From Pecten maximus (Eukaryota), in the NCBI RefSeq assembly GCF_902652985.1, contig NC_047024.1, positions 39,370,001 through 39,434,000 on the forward strand: a DNA stretch of 64,000 bases. The letters are read 5' to 3'. The notes under the pieces were generated by a model. The model saw nothing but the letters and a program-made list of their open reading frames with translations. It was not told where the DNA came from and searched no databases. Below are positions 41,632-54,416 of the stretch, in pieces (position 1 is the stretch's first letter; the number at the start of each line of letters is the position of its first letter). The position numbers were made by a program, and so were the translations under genes.

Positions 41632-44372
41632 TATAATTAAATAATTGTTGACATGCAGTATATTGGAAAAGAGTATTACAAGTTTAGATCTCATTTTTAC
41701 TCCTATCTGTGTTAATATATCAGCTATAACATCTGTTACTTGTTGTTTCATTTGTGTTAAGTTAATATGCTGTGTATTAGTATTGGTGTATAGGGTCCAT
41801 TCTGTGATGTTGCGGGAAGATAGCGCAGTGAATACAATTAAACAACTCTACCAGTATTTAAAATTCAATATTATTCTTTGAATGGTATGAATTTGACAGA
41901 ACTGGCAAAATATTCTTTTGTGAATTCAGACAAAACTGGCAAAAAAATTTTTGTGAGATCAAACAAAAAATTGTCTGGGTTTCTCCAGTTTTAACGTTTT
42001 CTAGGCTTTTTTCAGTGTTTTTATTAAATGCACAATATTTAATTTTACAACAACAAAAATTACCACGAAAAACATATTAGATATACATGTATGTGTACAT
42101 CATTGTGTATACAGATCACAATACCAGGGGCAATGTAGTATAAATATCTAGATTTGTTTTTCATATTTTTATCGAAGGTCAGTATACATATTATGATATC
42201 TGCTTCATTCTTTGTTCATGGTAAGGAGGCATTAAGTGACAATACACATGTACCTGTATATCATTGATCCGGGTTGAGTAGGTTAAGTGCAGGATTAACC
42301 TGTGTTGTGTTATGTCGGTGCATTCAGTGCTAGTTTCTCAAATCTGTATTCCCATATGTACGCTAAGTCAATGAGTATGCAAGGTATGATAGTGGAGAGA
42401 AGGACCAAGAGAATTATTGATATTTAGATTTATTATACGGATCGACTGATTTATCTTAATTAATTTTTGCATGTTTATTTTTAACTGAAAAGGCAAAACT
42501 TACAAGTTGTGGTACTTACTTGTTTAGCTTTTTCTTCAGAATGGCAAAAATTAATGCTGAAGTCCTCAAAAACTGTAAGTATCTGTATTATATACAGTGC
42601 AGTCAAGTTCTTGTCAGAGAAAGCAGACTTATGTAAAGTGTCTATTACTGTAACTGTTTTAGATGGTTCAAATTTCAATGTGTCACAAGATTTGATTCAC
42701 ATTAAGACAGTGTGTCAAAGTAAGTTTTAATACATTTACGTGTATAGAGAAATAAAATATCAGACTTACTGTGAAAAAGCTCGTTTTAACCAGATGAAGA
42801 AACTTTTTTTCATAACTTTATTGAACTACAAAATGTACTTTTTTCACTTGTGAGAAGCACAAACTGTTTAAGCATTGGCCTCTGGCCTTAAAATGAAAAA
42901 AAGTCATCTTTAGAAAGGAGTTTAGTGTTTTGTTAATAGAAGTTTTATCTGCAACAGGACAAAAATAACCTTTAATATAAATCTTCTAATAGAGAACTTT
43001 TGGAAACTACTACCTGTTAATTTGAAATTTAAACCTATCACATAACACAAAAATTTGAGCCTATAAAATGAAAGCATATTACTCGATTTAAAAGGTGCTT
43101 GTAATATTTGTTTCACTTATACCGTGGTAGTTGATAGCTGAAATATTTTTATATTTTAATTGTCCAAGGAAGAGTGAAAAGAAAAATATCATTTCAGTGA
43201 AGTTTCCACTATTATAATATTGGAATGAGGAACAACCCATTGGGACAAAACTAGAACAAAAAGCTTGTTAAGGTGCCTGTGTGTGAAGTCTGCCATGTTT
43301 TGTGGTGGTGCTGTTACTTGTGCTAATATTACCATGTATACCAGTCGGTAGTTGTATGGCATTTAAACATTATTTTTAAAAAAGTGCTGATTTAACACAT
43401 TTAATGTTAGCTTCAATTATAATTTATTGTGAGAATGTGATCATATAAAAATCCAAATAAAGTCATGTCTGAAAGTGTGTATCTTTTGTTTGTTTCTACC
43501 GTGTAAACTTGATGTATTCAGGATGCCATCACTACCTTGACCAGTCATTCTCAGCTCCCATCTGCTGTCAAGCGTATGTCTTAATACCGAGAATTAAAAT
43601 GAAGGGAAGTAAGTTAACTGTGGTAAATCAGACTGTTACCGGTATAGTCAAACCATCAGAGAAAACTGGCCTTCATATGTAGGGGTTCATAAACAAAGGA
43701 TTTTGTACAGTTGGAAATAAAAAAATGAATAGATTTTATATAGACTGTTATACAAATATTGGTTTGATAGGGATGACTTTTAGGACACCAGGTTCGTGGT
43801 TGCATTAAAACTGATCTGGAGATGAAGCCCGTTTCACAGAAGTAAATATGTGCACATGACAAAGACATTTGGAAAATAAGTTAATTCAGCCTTTCTATTT
43901 TCCAAGGCCGTTCTTGGTTAAATTTGTTCTCTTAAACATGCACTTTATATATTGATACATTTGTATAACTACATTCTAGTATTTTCAGTAGTCTTACTGC
44001 AGTATGTACACCCTATCTCTCTCTTGAGATCGGATGGGATTTATTGCTTAATAAAGTAGATTACGAGAGCTATGATCAAACAATTACTCTCCACCATCAG
44101 AAATTGTGAGCTGATGAATCATGATCATTAGAACACCGTCATAGGAACTCCACTGATCACCTGAAATCACTACAGCATTTCAAAATTGTTAAATTTTAAT
44201 TCGCAACATATATTACTAACCAGCAAGTGTAAAATGTAGACAGATTCTTTATGTTGTAAATATATTATATTTGTTTGGAGCTTGTTTCAAAATCTTTCAC
44301 ACACATCTTGTACATGTGTTAAAATGAAAGATAAAAATAATGGATCATAATAAGGTTTCAAGCGATAGGAAA

Positions 44373-44577
44373 CACAGGGGCTCGGTTTGTAATTTTTGAG
44401 TAACATATGACATGAGTTAACAACCACAACACTATAAATTCAGTCTTCATTTATAGTGTTGAAGTTGATGTAACTGATGTCATATGTTACTCAAAATCAC
44501 GAAACCTAGCCCACGTCTGGTATATATATGGTGTCAGGGTCAGAGGCAATTCGGGCTACCAAAACCGAGCCCCTGTG
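44373..44577. mobile_element. 205-bp CACAGG-terminal MITE
   Basis: TIR cacaggggctcggtttg ... aaaaccgagcccctgtg. Internal inverted pair ttttgagtaacatatgacat / atgtcatatgttactcaaaa. Contains half of the 47677 hairpin family. Confidence 0.7.
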
Positions 44578-44789
44578 CTAAGAAGCGGTGACTGTTCTAG
44601 TCATATCGGTTTGCCTAAGCTTAGTATAGTTGAAAAGCAACCATAAAAATCAAAAGTCAATGTTAACTCCATGGGGAAACTTACATGCTCTTTTCATGTA
44701 CCTATAATCACAAATAACATTAAATTTCGGCTCAAATAACCCGTTTACCATTCCTCAAATTAGTACACACACATCTACTCGGAACACAG

Positions 44790-44990
44790 CGCGTGGTTTC
44801 TTTAAAAGCAGTGAAATTCGCTGATGTGTTCCGAGTTATTCACTTTCGGTTTGATCGGAATTACCCGGATTTTACCGGCAAAATTTCGAAGCGACTAGGA
44901 AACATACAGCGGTTATTAGTTGATAACTGCTTGAACGACGTGGTGCGTCTGCACATACGCGGCTATATACTACTTCTTTACACCGTAAGT
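44790..44990 (+). promoter_or_regulatory. Likely promoter and non-coding first exon of the uncharacterised gene
   Basis: CpG-rich patch ending in the donor ACC|gtaagt at about 44984. The ATG exon has an acceptor at 45661-45662. Confidence 0.45.
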
Positions 44991-45669
44991 ATATCTTCCA
45001 ATGTTTATCAATGCATACAATCTTAGAATATATCCAAAGTCACTGTTTTGTTAGAAGTGGAAAATTTGAACGACGTTTCCCGCTATGTGTCGTGAGCTGT
45101 TGTCAGGGTATGTTTATGTATGGTTAGCTTTACAAATATTTTACTGTAAATTTTCGTCAGATATTTTCAAATGTAATGAGTTTCATAATTTGATATTCTC
45201 CTATGCATGACATATTTAATGTTCATTTAATTCTATCAAAATATGCATATTTCAAAGGAAATCTAATATTTAGTTTGTTTCACAAGGACATGCATGGAAA
45301 CGCTAACAAAGTGAAGGTTATCATGAAACATCAATTTAAAATAAAAGATATTCAAATAATTTATACAGGTTAATTGTTAACTTTCCAACTGAAATATTTT
45401 AGGAATAAAACATTAATGATATGGTGTGATTCCTTCTTCATTCGGAATGTGTATAATATATTACTGTTATTAGGGCTGCCAATGTAAACATCATGACTTT
45501 GCTCATATTGATATATGCACTTACTAAAATGACATAATCATTAGAATAATTGCATGTAAAGTTAGCATTAATTAAACAAGAAACTATATTAAAATGTGCC
45601 ATCTATATACTTGTTTATATGTGTAACAGTAATTGCTCTCAATGGACAGTATTATTTGTCAGATATAAA

Positions 45670-48600
45670 ATGCCAACAAACAAAGACTTCTCCTTTTCAA
45701 TACGAGTGGGAGACACTACACTGCCAGAATACAACAAAGATGGAGTCAGTTATGTAGAGAGCAACTTGTTCACACCATTCAGCTACCAACAGGAATATTC
45801 AGAGATCATTCATGGTGAAAATGAAACGCAGGTATGACCACTGTCTGATTTTGTTGAATATGTATACATTGTATATATAATGGTACATGTAATAATCTTT
45901 TTCGGTAGTGTTGCCAAGCCACTTTGTCAAAGACTTTGACAAGTCAACCTGATATCTCTAATAATCTGCTCTGAAATCATGAATATAAAGTATTTTCACT
46001 TGATGACCTCTTAAAACACCCCTTCAGCTTTTCTTTTTAAAGGGGTGACACAGTATTAAAATTTATGAAGGTGATAGTGACATTTGAGTAAATAATAGGA
46101 ACATCTGTAAAAGTAGAGAGTATAAGATCACCTTTCTAGCTCAGATTAGTCTAAGTGGGAATTTCCCTTTAGCCTAGTGGTAGGATGTTTGCCTTGAGAT
46201 TGAAAAGTTGTTAGTTCCAAGGCCAGCACGGGCAGGGTATTTTTCATTACTCCTTCCTATTACAGATTTGCTGCCATTGACCACTCCAAGTGAAAGCTAT
46301 AGGAGATTGAGAGGCCTCCTTGGAAATAAAAAAGTTGTGGTTGTCTTTGGGGGCAAAGACTTTATGAAGGAGGGAGTAGTGTAAAAGTATAGAGTATAGG
46401 ATCGTGACTCGATAGGGCGGAGGAAGAAAGGTCGCTAGTTTAAAGCCTAGCAAGGACAGGGTATTTTTCATTACTATCTCCTTCTATTACACATCAACTT
46501 TTTTTGATTTTCCAGAAATGGCCAGTGACACCATTTGTGATTGCTCTTCGTGGAAAATCTTCCATTCCACGTTCATATTATCGTGTGTATGTGGATGGTC
46601 AGGTGGTCAAGAAGATGAGTGTTCCTCCAGGGAAGACCAGGTACAAGCTAAAAGCGACATTTCTGATCCTTCGGGTATTTTATAATATATTGTAATATGT
46701 CTCTCCCATTCTTCAACATTTTTCTTGACACTTTATGGACAATGTTTCCTGATATTGTGGCGTGTCATCAAGACCTTTGTTTTCATGCCCCCGCCAAGAA
46801 ATTTGGGGGGGGGGGGGTGTTGCATGCAGTGTTACCAAAGTCCATCTTGTCACGTCCCGATACAATGTAACTAGATAATCTCAGGAACTGCTGATGTGAT
46901 CCTCACCAAACTTTGTTTTGGGTATCAAGGGGCAACAGGGGTATTTATGTCTTGCAGACACTTTCTAGTTATTCTTTGTTCTTTGTTCTTGTTACCTGGG
47001 GCAACCAAATTTTATGATATGTCGGTACATGTTGGTATATGGCAGACTTTTATTTTTCACTGTGTAGATTTACACATTGATGATGTTAGTCCTCTATATC
47101 ATTTTAGGCTCGTGAGAGGATTCCGGGACGGAAATAATTGTGTGGAATTCCTATTTTCCCTGCCAAGGTTCTGCCGTGGAGAGGTTTGTATGCTATAGAC
47201 CATATCTGTTTTCTATGCCAAGGCATGTTGTAGAGGGGTTTGTATGCTATAGTCTGTATCTGTTTTCTGTGCTAAGGTCATGTTTGGAGGGGTTTGTATG
47301 CTATAGACCGTATCTGTTTTCTGTACCAAGATCATGTTGTAGAGAGGTTTGTATGCTATAGTCCATATCTGTTTTCTGTACCAAGGTCATTTTGTAGAGA
47401 GTTTTTTTTTTGATATTGTAAATATAATACAAATATACAATTAACACTTAAATATCCCGATAGTGACATTTCAATTCAAATTCATCCCATTTCTAGAGTT
47501 TTATGTAAAATTATGAAAATGATATTGAAGTTCAAGTCAATTTCCTGTATATTAAGCATTTTGGATCAGATAAACTTTTTAGGTGTGATTGTAGTTTTAC
47601 TTTCTAAAGATATATCCAAGGTAAACCATTTTAAGTTCTTGAAAATTATGTGAAACGATTTTAGTACAGTACCTCCTAGCCCGAGTTCCCTATGGCCCTG
47701 ACACCTGCAATTAATTGTCTGGTGTCAGGGCCAGAGGAAACTCGGGCTAAGTACCTCCCACACTAGGTAGAGCATATATTATGAAGTAAGCCAAAATGTG
47801 GTCCATGATTTCATTGAAGACTTGACTAGAGATTTCACTAGAATCTAGGGGTGACAGATCACATAGGAATACCAAGGACTTCAGATGGAGTATCAAACAT
47901 CTTGGTGAGGTAGATTCTGTAAGTCCCAATTTTATGTCCCACATATCCAAAGTCAAACATCTCAATGAGGAAGATTCTGACCTGTATTATATTTATTTTA
48001 TGTCCCACATATCCAAAGTCAAACATCTCATTGAGATGGATTCTGTAAAGTATCCTACTTTCTTCCAAACTCCAGGTCGTTCATTTGTGGTAATTGTAAA
48101 CCTTGTAAGTTCTCCACAGGAACCAAGGGGACTCTACTTCTCTATTGTGTTATTCTGTGTGTCCTTCCTTCCTTTCTATCATTTCATCTTTCACTTTATC
48201 TTGTTCAGGCTCTATCTCCTACACTTCTTGTCACTGGAACTTCTATTTTGGGACAATTGGATAATCTAGGTGAGTCTGTGTGTCATGTATCAAAAGTACA
48301 TTTGTAGGTCACTTAACCTACAATTTGACCTATGACCTACACCAAAGAAAAAAACTTTCCTGTTTTATTTCCTACCATTCTGATTAAAATAGGTCATCAT
48401 GCACTATGTTATGATGATCTGGAGGTGGCCAGTAAGGGTCACGTTCAGATGACTTTTCAACCAGCCTATCAAAATGTGACTGACAAAGTTTTGTCAGCGT
48501 TATAGTTTCCTCTCGGGACATATCATTGTTGGCCATTTTTGTTAATATCATAGTGACCCAAATATCAAACCAAACCAAGATGGCTGTGCCTATCACAAGC

Positions 48601-51600
48601 TCCTTTACACCTGAAACAATGTATTTATTGGACAAAGTATGCATTGTAGTGTGTGGATTTTCCATTAAAATAGCCCTAAAGGAGATGAAAAAGCAAGAAA
48701 ACAGATCAGATGTTTTAATGTTTTCAACACTGTTGATTGCCTATTCCATTGCTTCACTGTTTTTTTTTTCTGCCATATTGCACATACTACTGAACAGGCA
48801 TACAAGAGATGCATTTTGTCATTTCGATTGGTTGAGAAAATCACATAGTCTTTGGTAAAGCAATTTGAAGTCACCTGAACATGACCTTACTGGCCGCTGT
48901 CAGATCTCCATAGAATATAGTGTATAATGATATGTATCTTAATCAGATTGATTTCCTACACAATATAGGTCACTGGCACTCGATATTTTGGGCATTGATC
49001 AACCTAGGTGATAGATATGTTATGAATCAAAAGTAAGCCACTCTGACCTACATTTCTTTTCCTTTCTAGCCATATACTTTCACATTCTGTAGGAGACTGC
49101 GGTTCACCAAATTATCTTGTTGATACTTTAATGAACCCTGAAGATGACCATCGATTTAGGTGAGATTTGCATTTTGCTGAGGAGTTAAAATACATCAAAC
49201 TTTTACTCTTGCAGGGCGACAAGTTGGCAACAGATCAGGTGTCACGGGTCGGTCTTATTGAGGTGGAGTGCTACAAGGCTGTAAAGAAGGCAACATTTGT
49301 GACGAGGAGAAAGAGAGATCTCCTCTTTGACCAGGCCAACAAGAACGACTGTTTTGTTGTCACACAAGGTATGGGATCTGTAATAGTTGATGGGTAGGCC
49401 ATTGTCACAGTAATAGTTGATGGGTAGGCCATTGTCACAGTAATAGTTGATGGGTAGGCCGTTGTCACAGTAATAGTTGATGGGTAGGCTGTTGTCACAG
49501 CAATAGTTGATGGATAGGCCGTTGTCAGAGTAATAGTTGATGGGTAAGGCCTTTGTCACAGTAATAGTTGATGGTTAGGCCTTTGTCACAGTAATAGTTG
49601 ATGGTTAGGCCGTTGTCACAGTAATAGTTGATGGGTAGGCCGTTGCCACAGTAATAGTTGACGGGTAGGCCGTTGTTACAGTAATAGTTGATGGGTAGGC
49701 CGTTGTCACAGCAATAGTTGATGGGTAGGCCATTGTCACAGCAATAGTTGATGGGTAGGCCGTTGCCACAGTAATAGTTGATGGTTAGGCCGTTGTCACA
49801 GTAATAGTTGATGGGTAGGCCGTTGTCACAGTAATAGTTGATGGGTAGGCCGTTGTCACAGCAATAGTTGATGGGTAGGCCGTTGTCACAGCAATAGTTG
49901 ATGGGTAGGCCGTTGTCACAGCAATAGTTGATGTGTAGGCCATTGTCATAGTAATAGGTGATGGGTAGGCTGTTGTCACAGTAATAATTGATGGGTAGGC
50001 TGTTGTCACAGTAATAGTTGATGGGTAGGCCATTGTCATAGTTATAGGTGATGGGTAGGCTGTTGTCACAGTAATAGTTGATGGGTAGGCTGTTGTCACA
50101 GTAATAGTTGTTGGGTAGGCTGTTGTCACAGTAATAGTTGTTGGGTAGGCTGTTGTCACAGTAATAGTTGATGGGTAGGCTGTTGTCATAGTAATAGTTG
50201 ATGGGTAGGCTGTTGTCATAGTAATAGTTGATGGGTAGGCTGTTGTCACAGTAATAGTTGTTGGGTAGGCCGTTGTCACAGTAATAGTTGATGGGTAGGC
50301 TGTTGTCACAGTAATAGTTGGTGGGTAGGCTGTTGTCACAGTAATAGTTGATGGGTAGGCTGTTGTCACAGTAATAGTTGATGGGTAAGCTGTTGTCACA
50401 GTAATAGTTAATGGTTATGCTGTTGTCACAGTAATAGTTGATGGGTAAGCTGTTGTCACAGTAATAGTTGATGGTTATGCTGTTGTCACAGTAATAGTTG
50501 ATGGTTAGGCTGTTGTCACAGTAATAGTTGGTCTTGTCACAGCAATAGTTGATGGGTAAGCTGTTGTCACAGTAATAGTTGGTCTTGTCACAGCAATAGT
50601 TGATGGGTAAGCTGTTGTCACAGTAATAGTTGATGGGTAGGCCGTTGTCATAGTAATAGTTGATGGGTAGGCCGTTGTCACAGTAATAGTTAATGGGAAG
50701 GCTGTTGTCACAGTAATAGTTGATGGGTAGGCTGTTGTCACAGTAATAGTTGATGGGTAGGCCATTGTCACAGCAATAGTTGATGGGTAGGCCGTTGTCA
50801 CAGCAATAGTTGATGGGTAGGCCGTTGTCACAGTAATAGTTGTTGGGTAGGCTGTTGTCACAGTAATAGTTGATGGATAGGCTGTTGTCACAGTAATAGT
50901 TGGTGGGTAGGCCGTTGTCACAGTAATAGTTGATGGGTAGGCTGTTGTCACAGTAATAGTTAATGGGAAGGCCGTTGTCACAGTAATAGTTGATGGGTAG
51001 GCTGTTGTCACAGTAATAGTTGATGGGTAGGCCGTTGCCACAGTAATAGTTGATGGGTAGGCTGTTGTCACAGTAATAGTTGATGGGTAGGCTGTTGTCA
51101 CAGCAATAGTTGTTGGGTAGGCCATTGTTACAGTAATAGTTGATTGGTAGGCCGTTGTCACACTGATGAAACTTTATTGTGCTGGTGGGTGCAAATTAAT
51201 GTAAAATAAATCTATGGGTGTAAGTGATGTAAATACTAGCCGCAATATACCGCTTAGCTAAACAGAAGACCTCTTGAGCTCAATCAATTGAGTGTAAGAC
51301 TGGTAAGCCAGAGGTCCCAGGTTCAATCCCTAGCTGAGTCAGTGTTTTAAATTTAATAAATCATGCACTCTGTTACAAAAAGAATATGTTGCTGTTTTTA
51401 TGACATTGATGATTTCATCATTTCACTTTTAATGTTTTTTTTTTGTGTTAAGATTAGTAACTGCTGCAACTTAAACCAAACTTGGTATCTATAGCAAGTC
51501 TTCAAGGACTCAGAGTTGTACATTTTTGCATGCTGTACTTTTTTTTGTATATTGAGTTGCATTTTTGAAAGTTTTCAATATTAATTCCTTATTCTGTATT

Positions 51601-52106
51601 TTGGAATTTAATTTCACTCAATAAACAGCTATTTCAGTATTTCGAAATTCTATCACTTCCATCCATGTACTTTTATATTCATACTTTTGTTGCTCTGAAA
51701 ATGATGTTTAACCAGCTAGTCCTTTATTTGATATGTTTGAAGCATTCAGTGATTTCTACTCAATACTCTAGGGCAATACCTGATGGCGACCACCAAGGCT
51801 GGGAGAGTCCTCAAGAAGCGCCCGACCACTAAGATGACTGACCACTGGACAATTGAGCGCATGCGTAGTCGGCAGAGTGTGAAATATGTGACCTCACAAA
51901 CTCTTGCTGATCTTGGAATTTCCATCGTTCCCATCCCCTTCCCCACCAATCCCACAACAGAAAAAGGCAAAGAAAAATCTGTTAAAAAAGAAATATGTAC
52001 TAAACCAGTGAAGCAGGAAACCCAGGGTCCTTCTAGGGCCTTAGCCCCAGACAAGGGTCCTTCTAGGGCCTTAGCCCCAGACACTCGCATCAAGTTTCTA
52101 ATTTGA
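45670..52106 (+). CDS. Uncharacterised protein, 5 coding exons, about 283 aa
   Basis: Exons 45670-45831, 46516-46640, 47108-47183, 49215-49368, 51772-52106 (852 nt) with GT-AG sites and matching phases 0,2,0,1. Peptide: MPTNKDFSFSIRVGDTTLPEY...RVYVDGQVV...VRGFRDG...FLFSLP...VGLIEVECY...KYVTSQTLADLGI. Confidence 0.82.
46100..46495 (+). mobile_element. Two degenerate tRNA-derived SINE-like fragments
   Basis: A-box-like tagcctagtggtagg at about 46169. The 3' segment cagggtatttttcattact...ctattaca is shared at about 46233 and 46456. Confidence 0.4.
47151..47403. repeat. About 55-bp tandem repeat copying an exon end and donor site
   Basis: ttttccctgccaaggttctgccgtggagag|gtttgtatgctatagaccatatct x4.5. 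The first unit is the real exon end at 47183. Confidence 0.88.
47677..47749. mobile_element. 73-bp hairpin mini-element with 9-bp TSD
   Basis: tagcccgagttccctatggccctgacacc...ggtgtcagggccagaggaaactcgggcta flanked by AGTACCTCC at 47668-47676 and 47750-47758. Confidence 0.8.
49381..51162. repeat. 30-bp minisatellite, about 59 copies, starting 12 nt after a donor
   Basis: Unit gtaatagttgatgggtaggccgttgtcaca. The gttgtcaca part also occurs in the preceding exon end. Confidence 0.95.
51268..51335 (+). mobile_element. tRNA-derived SINE head or tRNA-like fragment
   Basis: A-box-like agctcaat and B-box ggttcaatccc, with no intact acceptor stem. Confidence 0.45.
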
Positions 52107-54416
52107 CTGTAGTACTGCATTGACTCTGTAATCATTTATATTTACACCACAAACTGATTATCTATTGCATGTTATGGTATGGCATTGTCCATCCATCCAT
52201 CCGTCCGTCTGCCCAACTTAAACTTCTATTTGTCCCACATTCCCCTTCTACATTTTCGACCATTCTCTTTGAAACTTGGTATACATTACATGTATTTTCA
52301 TGAATTGAAGTTTTTTTCTTTGACAAGAATTTTGTTTCAACAATTTTTGCAAAGGTTAACAAGCTTTATTTCAGTAAATGACTTTTTGTCTGGAGATTTA
52401 CATTTTTTTTTTTTTTTTTTACAGATTTCTTTGATAATTGCTATACAGTATAATTACTACATGAAATTGTGTTTGCCTGGAAGAATTTTGATTCAATTAT
52501 TTTTGTAAAAATAGTATTGCCATTGTTTATTTCAGTATGATATTTTGTCCAGAGATTTCCTCCTAAATTTTCAACTTTGAATGCATTATCTATGATCATG
52601 ATATAAAGTTTCTGTTTACACGAAAACATTTTGATTCAACTATTTTTGCAGAAGTTATTGCCCTTTGTTTATTTCTAATACTTGCACCTTGTCCAGAGAT
52701 ACCCTTTTACAGTTTTCTATCAATTTCTTTGAAACTTGGTAGACCCTTTAGTCATGATATTAAGTTGTGTTTAATGAGTTGGAGATTTTGATTACTAGTT
52801 TTCCTCAAATTGTTAGAAAATTGAACATTGTCTTTGTAGTGAAAGGTGAGATTTATAACATGCCACCTAGCAACTTTTAGGGTAATGCAAATATTATTAT
52901 AATGCAAGACACTATACAACACTACATGACATTAGACATGTGTACATTGCTCTGCCCTGCTGTACTGTTCTTCAGCATCTCATTTGACGTAAATCACATC
53001 CATCTGACTCTCATTTACATACATGTACTTCATATTCCAGAAAGTGTTTTAGTCTAGTCATAATGAAGTCTTTTTCTTGGGGATATTAAACAATCAAAGT
53101 GTAAACAGTTTATTAAGATTTCCAAAAAACAATGGCAACTGATTCGAATAGCTTGGTTGCAATGATAATGGAATGAAAACCTCTTGATTGGTCAGAATTT
53201 AGATGATGTATGATTTCGCCAAAAATTGGTACATAAGGGTTTTGAGGGATGCTAATCATAGTGGCAATAGTTTTTTTTTTTAGAAGTGGTTGTCATAGTA
53301 ATGAAATGGAAGCCTTCCGATTGGTTGAAAATGCTAATATTATCAGATTTTGATGAAATTTGGTATGAAGTCGTTTCCTTATACTTCAAATAGAACTGGG
53401 ACATCTATTTCTGGATTTAAAAGAATACTGCTATTTGGCTATCTTTTGATTGGTGGAAATTAAGATGTTAAATTTCGACGAAAGGTAGTTTTTTTGGAGG
53501 TTTATTATCAACTGCAGGGGTATTTTTTGGGAACTTAGGTAGACATTGTTACTATTTTCACTTGTTACTATTTATTTGTGTGTGTTTATTTTTGCACTTT
53601 CATTTCTACACATCAGAAAAATGATTTAGTTATTATGTGCGTCAAGATTGTTGGTATGTGTATATAGGAACGTGTGTAAGTTGGTACAGTGTATGTGTTA
53701 TAAGAATTAGGCAGACCTATTTTGTACATTCTAAGTTATTGCTTGAAAAACTAAGAAAATTATTATTATATATTGTTTAATATCCATCGCTGAACCAGAA
53801 GATATTAATATTGACAATCAAAGAATAATTTGTTTGAGAAGTACACAATTGAGTTAATTCTTCATAATAAAGGTATTTGACGACAAGCTGGTATATTTTC
53901 CTTGTTCATTTCACTGAAAAAACTTGTCCACCTCATAAATAATCATGAATCATGTCTTGAGTAAATCGTAACAGTTGTCTTTCAGTTGACTTTATTGTCA
54001 ATAATCACAAACCTGTCGTATAGAAATCTGATTATTTTAATGCCAATATTACAATTTGTTTATTGCACATCATTGATATGATATCATGCTCATGAAATCT
54101 CACACATTTCATTTAATGTAATTATACAAAATAAAAACTGTCCCCATGAAGTATGTAAGGAGGTAAATGTACATGTACAGATGTCATGTTAATCAAGAGT
54201 TTTAGTGACTAAGTCCTTCATAGTATTTGGTCGATGTCAAATTTTAATAAGATAAACAGATAAACCTGATAACCCATCAAATGATGCATATTTTCTCAGC
54301 TTGCTTTACAAATATTCTTGAACTACAAACCATCAGTGATATAAATCACTATCACAGAAAACAAACTTTTAAGTGTCCACCTTCCCCAATAAAAAGAAGA
54401 GATATACGTATATTAA

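Noticed and set aside
41640-43500. Possible hidden gene between RIC8 and the uncharacterised gene
   Set aside because: Only short AT-rich ORFs are present, with no consistent exon chain. The region may be UTR-like or intergenic.
49242-51161. Mucin-like (TTAYPSTITV)n ORFs
   Set aside because: They are antisense translations of an intronic 30-bp minisatellite with no signal peptide or flanking exons.
51268-51335. Functional tRNA gene
   Set aside because: Only A/B-box-like remnants are present and the cloverleaf stems do not pair fully, so a SINE head is more likely.
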